A DNA stretch of 64,000 nt from Gemmatimonadota bacterium (GTDB taxonomy: Bacteria; Gemmatimonadota; Gemmatimonadetes; Gemmatimonadales; GWC2-71-9), in assembly GCA_036679605.1 (NCBI GenBank), contig JAZDCZ010000419.1:128001-192000 (forward strand), in the 5' to 3' direction. Below, piece by piece: positions 29,204 through 39,935 of the stretch. The first letter of the stretch is position 1. Each line of letters opens with the position of its first letter. The translations under genes were made by a program, and so were the position numbers. The notes under the pieces are model-generated. The model made no database searches and was not told where the DNA came from. It worked only from the letters and a program-made list of their open reading frames with translations.

Positions 29204-30796
29204 ATGAGGCCTCGAAAAATTGCGCTCGGTGCAGTTGTCATTTTCCTCGCGTTCCTGTCGGGCGGATGGTTACTACAGCGCCCGCCTGCATCCGAACGAG
29301 ATGTCAAGGACAAGGCACAGCTCTTCCGGCAGGTGCTGAGCTATGTCTCCGAATATTATGTCGACACCCTCGATAGAGCCGACCTCTACGATATGGCGAT
29401 CGAGGGGCTCCTCGACCGCATCAACGACCCCTACACCTCATACCTGCGCCCCGAGGCATTCGAGGAACTCAACCTCAGCACGACCGGTAATTATGGAGGA
29501 GTAGGTATTCAAATCGACACTCGCGACGGCTGGATCACGGTTGTGACTCCGCTCGCCAACACTCCGGGAGAGAGAGCCGGCCTGTCATCGGGTGACCAAA
29601 TAAGAAGCATTGATGGCCAGTCCACCGAAGGCTGGACGACCCAACAGGCCGCCAACGTAATGCGAGGGGTTCCGGGAACCGATGTCCATCTCTTGGTGAC
29701 ACGCGTAGGCCTGCCTGAGCCTGTGCCGTTCAGCATTACCCGCGCTCGAATCCACGTGAATTATGTCGAGACACCAATGATGCTTGCACCAGGCATCGGG
29801 TATGTCCGGATCACCTCCGTGAGTCAGTCTGCGGGCGAGGAGTTAAGGCAAGCTATCAATCAGCTCCGGCAGGACGGCGCCCGCGCGCTCATCCTAGACC
29901 TACGTGGTAACCCGGGTGGAATCCTAGAGCAGGGAGTGGCCATAGGCGATCTGTTTATCGACCGCGACGATATCGTAGTAGAGATGAAAGGGCGCGCACC
30001 TCGCGCATCGCAGGTTTATGTCGCGGAGCATACGCAGGCGTGGCCGGACATGCCAATCGTAGCACTGGTTAATCGCGGCACCGCCAGCGCTGCAGAGATC
30101 ATTGCGGGAGCGCTCCAAGACCACGACCGTGCGCTCATCCTGGGAACACGTACGTACGGCAAGGGAGTAGCCTACGTAGTTCTGCCGCTTTCGAGTAGCA
30201 GGAAGGAGGCGCTAAGCGTAACGACATCCAGATGGTATACGCCCAGCGGCCGCTCCATCAACCGTCCCCTATACCGCAAACTGAGCCAGCGCCAAGCAGA
30301 GGCACTCCGAGACAGCGCACTAGCTGATTCCGGTGTGACCTTCCTATCCGATGCCGGCCGGATTTTGAAGGGCGGCGGCGGGATCATGCCTGACATTGAG
30401 CTGCTCGATACTCTTTTGACATCGGAACAAGCGTTCGCGCGCGCGCTGGGCACCAACACACAGAAATATCGCGATGCCATGTCACGCTATGCACTCGATC
30501 TCAAAGGCGCCCAGACAATTACGGATGAGCAGTTTTCCGTAACTGATGATATGGCAGGTGAGCTGCTCGTACGTTTGAGGCAGCGTGGTGTAGAGATGCC
30601 TGACTCAATATGGAACGGCGCAAGCAGCTACATCGCGCAACAGTTGGGCTTCGAAGCCACCCGCTACGTGTTCGGCAGACCTGCTGAGCTTAGGCGGCGA
30701 GCCCGTTCGGATATCCAGATCAAGCGCGCAATCGAGCTGCTGACGCAAGCCAAAACTCCGGCAGAGGTGTTCGCCTCCATGAAAAAGGGGAACTGA
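29204..30796 (+). CDS. S41 C-terminal processing protease with PDZ domain
   Basis: DPYT, GVGI, DLRGNPGG, TASAAEI and TYGKG motifs. Confidence 0.95.
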   Translation: MRPRKIALGAVVIFLAFLSGGWLLQRPPASERDVKDKAQLFRQVLSYVSEYYVDTLDRADLYDMAIEGLLDRINDPYTSYLRPEAFEELNLSTTGNYGGVGIQIDTRDGWITVVTPLANTPGERAGLSSGDQIRSIDGQSTEGWTTQQAANVMRGVPGTDVHLLVTRVGLPEPVPFSITRARIHVNYVETPMMLAPGIGYVRITSVSQSAGEELRQAINQLRQDGARALILDLRGNPGGILEQGVAIGDLFIDRDDIVVEMKGRAPRASQVYVAEHTQAWPDMPIVALVNRGTASAAEIIAGALQDHDRALILGTRTYGKGVAYVVLPLSSSRKEALSVTTSRWYTPSGRSINRPLYRKLSQRQAEALRDSALADSGVTFLSDAGRILKGGGGIMPDIELLDTLLTSEQAFARALGTNTQKYRDAMSRYALDLKGAQTITDEQFSVTDDMAGELLVRLRQRGVEMPDSIWNGASSYIAQQLGFEATRYVFGRPAELRRRARSDIQIKRAIELLTQAKTPAEVFASMKKGN

Positions 30797-30808
30797 ACCG
30801 CCAGCCAG

Positions 30809-32122
30809 CTAGAGTCGTCCTCGTCGCTTGAGTTCGAGATACTTCTCGACTACGGCGGCACTTGCCCGCTCTGGAGGTACGTCCAACACAACAGCACCGG
30901 AGCGGCGCATCCGCGTTAGCGCCTCATCACGGGCGGAGAGTAGCTCCTCCGCTGCAGCCTTACGATAGGCTGCTGCCACCGTAACCGGTCGCGCCTCAGC
31001 AACTTGATCTAGCTCAGGATTCCGCAGTGTAACGACGAGAGGAAGGTGTCTCGGGCGAAGAGATCCGACATTGGCCACTAACGCCTCCGAGGCCGTTCGA
31101 TCGATCACGTCGGTGAAAAAAACTGTTAGCGCTCGCTTCCGGTTCCTAACTGCCAGGTAGCGAAACCCCGCAGGATAATCGGATTCGACCAGCCTGGGTT
31201 GAACCACTGAAAGCACCTCTAGTACTTGCCGCAGCCCTCTTCGCCCTCGCTGTGGCGTTACGTAATGCATCACTTCGTCGGCCAGCGTCATGACCCCGAT
31301 GTTGTCATCGTGCCGTGTCGCTGCCAGAGCAAGTGACAGCGCCGCCTGAACCACATACTCCATTCGTGCTCGGCCAGCAACCTCAGCAGTGAGAAGACGG
31401 CCGGCGTCTAGCACCAGCAGTACTTGCTGACGGCGCTCCGCTTCGAACTGACGTGCGATAACCTTGTTGCGTCGTGCGCTGGCCTTCCAATCGATGTGCC
31501 GAGTGTCGTCGCCGGGTACCCATTCCCTGAGACTCTCGAACTGGCGGCCCTCTCCCAAGCGGCGAAGTTGACGGAGACCGGCCTCGCGACGCCGAGTGGC
31601 CTCTGCGATCGAAGCCTTGAGTCGTGACACTGGAAGACTTGGGAAGATTATTACCGCCCACTCGTGGGCGACTCGCCTCTGCCGCTGGCCCAGACCGAGA
31701 GGTCCGTGGCTACGGATCGCGAACCAGCCCGCCGTCTCCCGGCCACGTAGGACTGGTACTGCCAACTGTTCTTCACGCACCATACTCTTGGCGCCGATCA
31801 CCAACTTGCGAGACGGCATGACACCCCCTAGCAGACGAGGACGGGTCTCACGAATCAGCAGCCGAGCCGTTCGCACAAGTGGATTAGCCCACCGGTAGGA
31901 GAAGGCAACATTCTGGCCTACCGAAAAACTGTTTTGAGCAACGCGGGAAACCGACAGTCGCGCAGGATCGACGGCAAGCTTGGCGTCACTCCAGACGGCC
32001 AGAAACAACGCCACATCGACAGCCAACATCAGATCCAACGCGACGGGTGACAAGAATCCCAGTAGACCTATCGGAGCGGCGCATGCAAAGACTACGAGCG
32101 CCCTCGGAGTCGGAAGTATCAC
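30809..32122 (-). CDS. DUF58 domain protein
   Basis: LREWVPGDDTRHIDWKASAR. Confidence 0.92.
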   Translation of the reverse strand: MILPTPRALVVFACAAPIGLLGFLSPVALDLMLAVDVALFLAVWSDAKLAVDPARLSVSRVAQNSFSVGQNVAFSYRWANPLVRTARLLIRETRPRLLGGVMPSRKLVIGAKSMVREEQLAVPVLRGRETAGWFAIRSHGPLGLGQRQRRVAHEWAVIIFPSLPVSRLKASIAEATRRREAGLRQLRRLGEGRQFESLREWVPGDDTRHIDWKASARRNKVIARQFEAERRQQVLLVLDAGRLLTAEVAGRARMEYVVQAALSLALAATRHDDNIGVMTLADEVMHYVTPQRGRRGLRQVLEVLSVVQPRLVESDYPAGFRYLAVRNRKRALTVFFTDVIDRTASEALVANVGSLRPRHLPLVVTLRNPELDQVAEARPVTVAAAYRKAAAEELLSARDEALTRMRRSGAVVLDVPPERASAAVVEKYLELKRRGRL

Positions 32123-33075
32123 GTTGTAGGAGCCTCTATCTGCTCCAGAATCGCTTGCAAGGCGCGATCAGGTGTTACACCCTCGAGTTCCAATTCCGGT
32201 GCGACCGTTACCCGGTGCCGAAGCACGGCAGGCGCAAGCGTTTTGACATCGTCTGGGATCACGAAATCGCGATCACCGAGAAGGGCTAGCGCCTGGGAGG
32301 TTCTTAGCAACGCCACACACCCGCGCGGGCTCGCCCCAAGCGTCAGCGACGCAGCATCCCGCGTAGCCCGAACTATCTTCGTAATGTATTCCGTGATCGA
32401 AGGCTCCACTCTCACCGCTCGCACCGCTTCACGCAGTTTTTCTAGCCCACCGCCGTCGATCACAGCGCTAACCCCATACGTATCTGGAATATCTGCTTCA
32501 AATCCCCCTAGGTACTTCGACAATATTTCTTGCTCAACATCTTCCGACGGGTAGCTCACTACCACTTTTAGCATGAAACGATCAAGCTCTGCTTCTGGAA
32601 GCGGATACGTGCCTTCAAATTCAATGGGATTTTGGGTCGCAAAAACAGAGAAAACACTAGATAGCGGATGGCTCTTGCCGTCCACTGTCACAGTGCGTTC
32701 CTGCATTGCCTCGAGCAGTGCAGCTTGCGTTTTCGCCGGAGCGCGGTTGATCTCGTCCGCCAAAACCAAATCGTGAAAAATCGGACCCGCCTTAAACACA
32801 AACTCATGTCCGCCGGTCAGCACAGAAGTGCCGGTTATGTCCGATGGCATAAGATCGGGCGTGAACTGGATGCGTGCATACCCGACGCTGAGCGCCTGCG
32901 CCAGGGTTCGCACTAACAAGGTCTTGGCTGTGCCCGGCACTCCCTCCAATAAGACGTGACCGCGGGCCAACAGCGCGATTACACAATCACGGGTCGCCTC
33001 ACTCTGCCCGAGGACCACGCCGCGAACAGCGGCTAGGATCCGCTGTGCTTGCTCCCTAATCTCATTGCTTCCCAC
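32119..33075 (-). CDS. MoxR family AAA+ ATPase
   Basis: GVPGTAKT, QFTPDLMP, DEINR and ATQNPIEFEGTYPLPEA. Confidence 0.96.
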   Translation of the reverse strand: MGSNEIREQAQRILAAVRGVVLGQSEATRDCVIALLARGHVLLEGVPGTAKTLLVRTLAQALSVGYARIQFTPDLMPSDITGTSVLTGGHEFVFKAGPIFHDLVLADEINRAPAKTQAALLEAMQERTVTVDGKSHPLSSVFSVFATQNPIEFEGTYPLPEAELDRFMLKVVVSYPSEDVEQEILSKYLGGFEADIPDTYGVSAVIDGGGLEKLREAVRAVRVEPSITEYITKIVRATRDAASLTLGASPRGCVALLRTSQALALLGDRDFVIPDDVKTLAPAVLRHRVTVAPELELEGVTPDRALQAILEQIEAPTT

Positions 33076-34301
33076 ACGTCCTCCACTGATGTTGCGACAT
33101 TGAGCACACCGACTTTGCCGCTTGGTTCATTGATCAACTCCCTGAGGCGTTTGATCTTCTCTCGCGCATCTGTAGTGTGCACCGCCAGATCCAAGTTCTC
33201 TAGCCAACCGGACCCGCTGCCCTTTCTCTTTCGACCTACGCTGCCGCTACGGCCCAACCGCCTCCAAAGTCCAGATACTATGAGGTTGATTGCAGTCGTG
33301 CGTCCGTCTGCCCGCTCCAAGCCCGCGGCCAGTGCTTCCACATGTTCTATCGGCGACCGCCTCCTCCGTTCTATTACCTTGATCGCCGGCCCAAATCGGA
33401 CCGCCACAAATGCCAGGGCAACAAGTCCGGCTGCTGAGAGCTGCAAGATGGACCATCCTCCCGGAGTAGCCAGGATCCAACGCCAGGCAGCGCCAAAGAT
33501 GGAAGGGTGCTCACCGAAACCCTGGTGATATTCGTCGACCACCACTCTCGAAGGGCGAACCTCCAAGATCCAACGCACCACGAGCCGGCCGACATCGGTT
33601 TCCTTCAGCAGACGGTTCGATACCAAGCGCGAGTCTGCCAGTATTGTTACCTGTCCTCCACCGACAAAGCCGAGCCTCATAACGACCGGTGTACCTTCGT
33701 CGGTCGCCAGCAGCGTGTCGGTCTCAGTCGGAAGGAGCACTGGACACCCTACCTGGTCGGGAGCATCTGATACAATTGTAGAATCGTGGGGCACTCTCTC
33801 GAGCACAGCTCGAGCAATGACAGTCGTGTCCGAAGAGAGCTGCAGCGTGCGGGCGGGATCGCTCTGAAACGAGGCAAACTGTCGCACTCGATATCTGAAG
33901 CAGCGTTCGACTTCATTTTGTCCCGCAAGTAGGAGCGAGCCGCCCGCCGCAACATAGTCTCGCACAACACCTAGTTCCACATCTGTAAGAGCAGACCCAA
34001 CGTCGAGCAAGGTTAGGAGTTCAGAACCGTCGCCTACGCTGTCAGAACTCCGGCCCCAGTCGAAAAGCGCTGTTCGACGGGCAACAACGGGCACACCCAG
34101 TTGCTCCAACGCGTCAGCCAGACCTTTCGATCCCCCGGGGCCCGTGAGCAAGATCGACCGGCGCTGGTCTCGGAGCGCCTCTCCGCTCGTTCCCCTACTA
34201 CTGAGCAGTACGGCGGCGATGATACCGAGTGCCGCGAGCGGCAGCAGCAATAGTTCATTGCGTCGCAACGCGGTGCTCCAACCTAGCAGCCGACTCGTCA
34301 A
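33033..34301 (-). CDS. DUF4350-like membrane-anchored protein
   Basis: N-terminal TM, DEYHQG and RFG motifs; canonical position upstream of moxR. Confidence 0.75.
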   Translation of the reverse strand: MTSRLLGWSTALRRNELLLLPLAALGIIAAVLLSSRGTSGEALRDQRRSILLTGPGGSKGLADALEQLGVPVVARRTALFDWGRSSDSVGDGSELLTLLDVGSALTDVELGVVRDYVAAGGSLLLAGQNEVERCFRYRVRQFASFQSDPARTLQLSSDTTVIARAVLERVPHDSTIVSDAPDQVGCPVLLPTETDTLLATDEGTPVVMRLGFVGGGQVTILADSRLVSNRLLKETDVGRLVVRWILEVRPSRVVVDEYHQGFGEHPSIFGAAWRWILATPGGWSILQLSAAGLVALAFVAVRFGPAIKVIERRRRSPIEHVEALAAGLERADGRTTAINLIVSGLWRRLGRSGSVGRKRKGSGSGWLENLDLAVHTTDAREKIKRLRELINEPSGKVGVLNVATSVEDVWEAMRLGSKHSGS

Positions 34302-34875
34302 ACCTCACAGCATCATGTTCCGCGCACGACAATCCTCCGAAGAGATGCTTGTAGAGAACCTCGACTAGATCTCCCAACATGCCCTTGTCGGCTTTGCCTA
34401 ATCGGGCCTCGGCAAGATATTCAGCGGGAGTCTTGGAAGGATGAAAACTGAGCGCATGACGTCTGTTGAGAATCAGGGCCATGGCTCTGAAACGATGTGC
34501 CATCGCCTCGACAAATCGACCATCTGCAACTGCACGTTGTGATTCACGAAGATACCAATCTATATCTCGTATCGGCGCCGCCTTCTGCATCGTAAGTCGC
34601 TTCTTCCCGTCGAGAGGGTGGAACACGCGCCACAGGATGTATCCAAAGTGCGAGAGAATTGCGATCAAGACTACGGTGAGTACACCCAGCAAGACCCAAT
34701 ATGCGATTGGATGTGCGTTCTCTAGTGCTCCAAAGGCCGCCATGACGCTACCCCAATACTCACCCAGTTTGCTGAGCAGATTCGGGCTCCGCCACTGGTA
34801 CTCAGGCGCCATGAATACGTCAGCTAGAACGGTCTCGATGGAATCGGATGTCACCTGCTGTGTGAGCAACGTCAC
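34255..34875 (-). CDS. DUF4129-like membrane protein
   Basis: TM segment, KTPAEY and YKHLFGG; cluster context. Confidence 0.75.
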   Translation of the reverse strand: MTLLTQQVTSDSIETVLADVFMAPEYQWRSPNLLSKLGEYWGSVMAAFGALENAHPIAYWVLLGVLTVVLIAILSHFGYILWRVFHPLDGKKRLTMQKAAPIRDIDWYLRESQRAVADGRFVEAMAHRFRAMALILNRRHALSFHPSKTPAEYLAEARLGKADKGMLGDLVEVLYKHLFGGLSCAEHDAVRFDESAARLEHRVATQ

Positions 34876-35708
34876 TCCCCGAATGGATCAAGCCCGAGCT
34901 GTTGCCCAAGGTGTTCTATATCGAAGGCTTCATGCCGAACACGTAGATCGTAGTAAAGCAGCGTAAACGTGCAGGCAAAGATGGGATAGATAATAAGTTG
35001 GAGAAAACCCCCTGCCGCGGTGATAACAACCTCCAATGCTGGGACGAGCAATACTAGAACAGTTGCTGCCAAATAGGGGACAGTAAACAGCATCAGCAGA
35101 ACTACTCCGAGTCCGAACGCCTTCTTCTTGAAGCCCTTAGTAAGAGACCACGATCTACCTAGTGCACCCGTCGCCGAGGTCTCCTCCTCCAACACGACTG
35201 CCTGCGTGACGACCGCATAACCGGAAGCGATGACGACGGCAGCCACTAGACCCAAGACGCCTGTCACTAACGCTACTATCCCCCCGAGCACCGAGGCTCC
35301 TCCGACCGCAACGGTAACGCCGCCAACTAAGATGGGAACCGCGGAGACCAACACGATAACCAAGTATTTGGCGAGGCCCGCAATAAATATCTTCGACATC
35401 TTGGTGAGCGCGAACCGCAGTGCCTCGCCAAACCTAGGGTCAACACCCAGATACACTTGCGAGATCACTAACACCGTTGCGCCGGCGCCGATCAACCCGC
35501 CAACACTCAGTAGCAGCACCCAAAGCAACAGGATGAACGGATTTACAAACTCGAGACCGACGGCCGTAACATAGACGTTCAGAATCGTCGGAATACCCGT
35601 TGTCACAACCGCAATCCCTACCAGAAGTGCAAAGTTGCGGCGATAAATGGCGAACGCTCCATCGATGATCTCACCGAAGGACATCTCACGAATCTCGTAA
35701 CTGGCCAT
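34872..35708 (-). CDS. Integral membrane protein of the MoxR cluster
   Basis: MSFGEIID.AF, ALGRSWSL and LLYYDLRVR.E.FD motifs. Confidence 0.8.
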   Translation of the reverse strand: MASYEIREMSFGEIIDGAFAIYRRNFALLVGIAVVTTGIPTILNVYVTAVGLEFVNPFILLLWVLLLSVGGLIGAGATVLVISQVYLGVDPRFGEALRFALTKMSKIFIAGLAKYLVIVLVSAVPILVGGVTVAVGGASVLGGIVALVTGVLGLVAAVVIASGYAVVTQAVVLEEETSATGALGRSWSLTKGFKKKAFGLGVVLLMLFTVPYLAATVLVLLVPALEVVITAAGGFLQLIIYPIFACTFTLLYYDLRVRHEAFDIEHLGQQLGLDPFGE

Positions 35709-35739
35709 GATCCTCCTCTCGCGATAAGATGCAAGCTAT

Positions 35740-37539
35740 ATGGCGCGAGCGCGACCCCCTGTTCACCCACAGTTCTCCCGTCGAATAGCGGTCGAGACAC
35801 CCGAACATGTTGTCCTTGAATTCGAGTTGGCAGGTCTTGGGTCACGTACCGCCGCCGCGCTATACGATTTTGTAATCCTGCTGACGATCCTGTTCATAGT
35901 AACTGTCATAGCCGCATTGACCGACCTTCTCACCGGAGCATCGAGCGGCTGGGCAACCGCCGTACTGATTCTTATCTCCTTCATGCTGCTCTGGGGATAT
36001 TTCGTGGTGTTTGAGGGTTTGCGGCACGGCCGCACACCCGGAAAGAAATTGCTTGGCATCCGAGTCGTAATGGAGACTGGCCATCCCATCACTTTTCAGG
36101 CGGCCGTGACCAGGAACCTTTTGAGACTCGTCGACTTCCAGCCCGCAGCAGTCCCCTTGGTCGGATTGCTCCTGCTGTTCTTCCACCGGCACAACAAGCG
36201 GCTGGGCGACATCGTTGCGGGAACCATCGTAGTTCGTGATCAGCCCATGAACGCGATGATTCCCTCACCTAGCCCAACCGCGCAGTTGGTGCTCGAAGCC
36301 GGCGCTCCACTGCTTTCAGATCAAGAGTTCCGTTTGCTCGAACAATATCTTAGTCGTATCGATTCCCTGGCTGCTCAGGTGCAGATTCGCCTCGGTGTTG
36401 ACCTCGCGAGACGGTTTGCCGATCGATTTCCCGAGCGCGATCCGAGAACGAAGGTCTTTCTTACAGAACTTTACGACACAGAGCGGCAAAGACGGACCAG
36501 CCTCAGCGCCACACGAAAAACGAAAGGGTCTGCACACGTAGCGGCAGCAGCGGAACGGTTTGTAGCTGCACGACAACATGAATGGGATCTCTTCCTTAGT
36601 CGCGCCAACCGGTTGCAGAAAGCTGGGCTCAAACAGCTAAACGGCAGCGAGGTGGTCAAGTTTGCCACGCAGTACCGCGAAGTGGCTGCGGACCTAGCTC
36701 GAGCAAGAACCTACGGGGCCGACAGAAAGGTCACTGAATATCTCGCGCGAGTAGTAAGCACGGGCCACAACGTTCTCTACGGCCTACGCGGGGTTGGACG
36801 CATATCCATCGCAAAGCTGGTCTTTCAGAGTTTCCCTGCTGCCGTCGTAGAGGCGCGCAGCTATGTTATCGCTGCATTCCTGTTGTTCGCAGTCTCTGGG
36901 GTTACTGGTTTCGCCCTGATACGAGAACGACCTTCTCTTGCCCGGCAGATCATGCCGCCCATCGTTGTGGCCAGGGCCGAGGCCGGAGCCCAACAGCAGT
37001 CAAAGGGGCGCGGCTACGCGCAGGCCCCATCTCCCTATCTCCCTGTTGTAGCATCCAGCATTGTGGCCAACAATGTCCAAGTGGCATTCGGCGCCTTCGC
37101 TTTCGGAATCACGGCCGGAATAGGAACGCTTATTGTACTGGTGTTTAACGGCTTGTTCTTCGGTTCGGTCATCGGCCTGTTTGCCAATTACGGTCTAGCC
37201 GGTTGGCTGCTGACTTTCGTGGCGGCCCACGGCGTACTCGAGCTGTCAGCCATCTTCATAGCCGGCGGCGCGGGGTTGCTAATCGGACGCGCAATCATAG
37301 CGCCCGGCGACAGCACCCGCGGTGACGCCCTCGTCCTACACGGCCGACAGGCCATAAGAATGGTGGGAGCATCGACCTCTCTCCTCCTTCTAGCCGGCAC
37401 AATAGAAGGTTTCCTTTCGGCCAGCGACGAGTCCGTAGCAGTGAAGCTGGCAGTGAGTGCCGCGACTACCCTATTGCTCACACTCTACCTTTTGGCAGGC
37501 CGATCGGCCCTCATCCGAGATATTCGCGCAGGCCGCTGA
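35740..37539 (+). CDS. RDD domain fused to SpoIIM (DUF95) domain
   Basis: TPE, GRTPGK and RLGDIVAGT (RDD) followed by NN, NG and HGVLEL (SpoIIM). Confidence 0.88.
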   Translation: MARARPPVHPQFSRRIAVETPEHVVLEFELAGLGSRTAAALYDFVILLTILFIVTVIAALTDLLTGASSGWATAVLILISFMLLWGYFVVFEGLRHGRTPGKKLLGIRVVMETGHPITFQAAVTRNLLRLVDFQPAAVPLVGLLLLFFHRHNKRLGDIVAGTIVVRDQPMNAMIPSPSPTAQLVLEAGAPLLSDQEFRLLEQYLSRIDSLAAQVQIRLGVDLARRFADRFPERDPRTKVFLTELYDTERQRRTSLSATRKTKGSAHVAAAAERFVAARQHEWDLFLSRANRLQKAGLKQLNGSEVVKFATQYREVAADLARARTYGADRKVTEYLARVVSTGHNVLYGLRGVGRISIAKLVFQSFPAAVVEARSYVIAAFLLFAVSGVTGFALIRERPSLARQIMPPIVVARAEAGAQQQSKGRGYAQAPSPYLPVVASSIVANNVQVAFGAFAFGITAGIGTLIVLVFNGLFFGSVIGLFANYGLAGWLLTFVAAHGVLELSAIFIAGGAGLLIGRAIIAPGDSTRGDALVLHGRQAIRMVGASTSLLLLAGTIEGFLSASDESVAVKLAVSAATTLLLTLYLLAGRSALIRDIRAGR

Positions 37540-37560
37540 GCAGACCAAAGGTTCTCATCT

Positions 37561-37684
37561 TGTTCGCTTCTGGGACGCACTATCCCAATAGCGGACGGAA
37601 CTCCCCTGAGCCCGCCGCGGAACAGTCACGTAACTATTTATAAATCAACAAGTTATAGTAGAGCCCGAATGGCACATTGGTTGC
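37561..37684 (+). promoter_or_regulatory. Sigma54 promoter with IHF site and paired enhancer sites
   Basis: TGGCAC-ATTGG-TTGC at 37670-37684; IHF consensus AATCAA-CAAG-TTA at 37643-37655; UAS pair at 37561-37597. Confidence 0.85.
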
Positions 37685-37757
37685 CAATGAAACCATTACC
37701 ATACTTGCCACGTCAAACTAGACAGATGGATCGGAAACCGAAGGAGAAGTCTCCCTG

Positions 37758-39011
37758 ATGGACATTGCAAGAGAACCGCCCCCGAAGCGAAAGAAATACA
37801 TCCCCGTCGGCATCGCGTTCGCCGCCGTGGTTCTGACTACGATTGGTCTGTCCAGGCTCAAGCCGGCAGCCCCAACCGTTGACGGAGCTACCATCTGGAT
37901 GGACACGGTCGAGCAAGGGCAGATGCTGATCCAGGTTAGGGGACCCGGCAATTTGGTGCCGGAGCTGATCCGTTGGATCCCTGCCGAAACAGCGGGCCGG
38001 GTAGAACGAAAGCTCGTGCAACCCGGCACCGAGGTCACGGCACAGACGCTGCTGGTCGAGTTGAGCAATCCTGATGTCCAGCTGCAACTGCTGGAGTCGG
38101 AGCGACAGTTGTCCGCGGCCCAACAACAACTCGTGACGCTCCAGGCAAACTTGGAGACGCAACGTCTTAATCAAGAGGGCCTCATTGCACAAATGCGTTC
38201 GCAGAGAAACGAGGCGAAACGCAATGCTACCGCGCTGCAGGAATTATCCAAGAAGGGTGAGGGATTCGTCTCGGATACAGAACTTCAAAACGCTCTCGAC
38301 CGAGCTGTGGAGTTCGAGACCCGCCTCGGACTCGAAATAAAGCGTCATGAGGTTATGCAGAAATCCGAAGAACCTCAGCTTCGCGTACAACGCGACCAGA
38401 TAGAAAGACTGGACGGCATCGTAGCGTTCCAGAAACAGCGCATCGAATCGATGCAGGTCCGGGCCGGTATTGACGGTGTCCTCCAAGAAATGGATCTAGA
38501 GGAAGGCCAGTGGGTGCAGAATGGACAGACATTGGCACGTGTGGTCGTGCCAGGTCGATTGAAGGCGGAATTGCGGATTCCACAAACTCAGGCAAGAGAC
38601 ATCGCGCTCGGACAGCTGGCGCTTGTTGATACACGAACCGATTCCATCATGGGCCAAATCGTCCGCATCGACCCCGCTGCCGCAGAGGGAGTCGTGGTGG
38701 TCGATGTGGCGCTACCGAGAGACCTTCCACGGAGCGCGCGCCCTGGTCTAGCAGTTGAGGGAATTGTGGAGATAGCGAGGTTGGATGACGTGTTCTACGT
38801 CGGACGACCGGCCTACGGTCAGGCTCATAGCACCGTGGGAATATTCAAGTTGGTGGAGGGGGGGAGTTACGCTGAGCGTGTCAACGTGAAATTGGGCCGT
38901 AGCTCGGTTAGTACCGTTGAAATAACCGCCGGACTCAGAGTTGGTGACATTGTCATCCTTACGGACATGTCACAGTGGGACGCATACGATCGTGTGCGAA
39001 TCGGCGGATAG
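37758..39011 (+). CDS. Efflux periplasmic adaptor (HlyD/MacA-like)
   Basis: N-terminal TM, coiled hairpin and lipoyl-like motifs. Confidence 0.92.
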   Translation: MDIAREPPPKRKKYIPVGIAFAAVVLTTIGLSRLKPAAPTVDGATIWMDTVEQGQMLIQVRGPGNLVPELIRWIPAETAGRVERKLVQPGTEVTAQTLLVELSNPDVQLQLLESERQLSAAQQQLVTLQANLETQRLNQEGLIAQMRSQRNEAKRNATALQELSKKGEGFVSDTELQNALDRAVEFETRLGLEIKRHEVMQKSEEPQLRVQRDQIERLDGIVAFQKQRIESMQVRAGIDGVLQEMDLEEGQWVQNGQTLARVVVPGRLKAELRIPQTQARDIALGQLALVDTRTDSIMGQIVRIDPAAAEGVVVVDVALPRDLPRSARPGLAVEGIVEIARLDDVFYVGRPAYGQAHSTVGIFKLVEGGSYAERVNVKLGRSSVSTVEITAGLRVGDIVILTDMSQWDAYDRVRIGG

Positions 39012-39046
39012 AGAATTCAATCACTGGAAGGAATAGGGAAATCGTC

Positions 39047-39796
39047 ATGGAGAATCAGAAAGAGTCGCTGATCAAGCTCGATGGAGTAAAGAAGGTATTT
39101 TACACCGACGAAGTAGAGACACACGCACTCGCAGAAATCCACCTGGATATCCGCGAGGGTGAGTACGTCGCCATCGCGGGCCCCTCGGGTTGCGGCAAGA
39201 CCACACTCCTGTCGATTCTTGGTCTACTCGACACGCCTTCGGATGGGCAGTATACCCTAGCCGGAACCCCGGTCGCCAACATCTCGGCTTCACAGCGCGC
39301 CCGAATCAGGAATCGCCAGATCGGCTTCATCTTTCAGGCATTCAACCTGATCGGCGATCTGACCGTGTATGAGAACGTCGAGCTACCGCTCACCTACCGC
39401 GACATGCCTTCGGCTGAACGGAAAAAGCGCGTACAGGAGGCGCTCGAAAAGGTGGGCATGTCTCACCGCATGAAGCACTATCCGTCTCAGCTCTCCGGTG
39501 GTCAGCAGCAGCGCGTAGCAGTCGCCCGCTCGGTGGCCGGTGATCCAGCAATTCTGCTGGCCGACGAGCCTACGGGGAACCTGGACTCGACTAACGGCGA
39601 GGCTGTGATGCAGCTACTGAGCGACCTACACCGCGAAGGAGCAACCATCTGCATGGTCACACACGATCCACGTTACGCCGAGTACTCCGACCGCGGTATC
39701 CACTTGTTCGATGGTCGGGTTGTCGAGGACGAATCAGGCGACCGTGCGAAAGAGCACGAAAAGAAGCTCGAGGAAAGCGGTTTTGAAATGGCTTGA
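39047..39796 (+). CDS. ABC transporter ATP-binding protein (LolD/MacB-like)
   Basis: GPSGCGKT, LSGGQQQR and DEPTGNLD. Confidence 0.96.
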   Translation: MENQKESLIKLDGVKKVFYTDEVETHALAEIHLDIREGEYVAIAGPSGCGKTTLLSILGLLDTPSDGQYTLAGTPVANISASQRARIRNRQIGFIFQAFNLIGDLTVYENVELPLTYRDMPSAERKKRVQEALEKVGMSHRMKHYPSQLSGGQQQRVAVARSVAGDPAILLADEPTGNLDSTNGEAVMQLLSDLHREGATICMVTHDPRYAEYSDRGIHLFDGRVVEDESGDRAKEHEKKLEESGFEMA

Positions 39797-39867
39797 ACAA
39801 GAGCGGGCCACAGGGAGGGTAGCTCGCAGGCAATGGCCGCGGGCTGCCGGCTCGCTCCCAATCAATC

Positions 39868-39904
39868 AAAACAGCCACCGGCATTTCAACCGGTGGCTGT
39901 TTTG
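39868..39904. terminator. Bidirectional intrinsic terminator
   Basis: AAAACAGCCACCGG-N8-CCGGTGGCTGTTTT between convergent genes. Confidence 0.85.
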
Positions 39905-39935
39905 GCAATTGACATAACCGCTGCTCGAGGATGTC

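Noticed and set aside
30809..37539. MoxR/DUF58/DUF4350/RDD-SpoIIM cluster as a novel system
   Set aside because: A widespread conserved cluster; function is poorly known but nothing here is unusual beyond the RDD-SpoIIM fusion.
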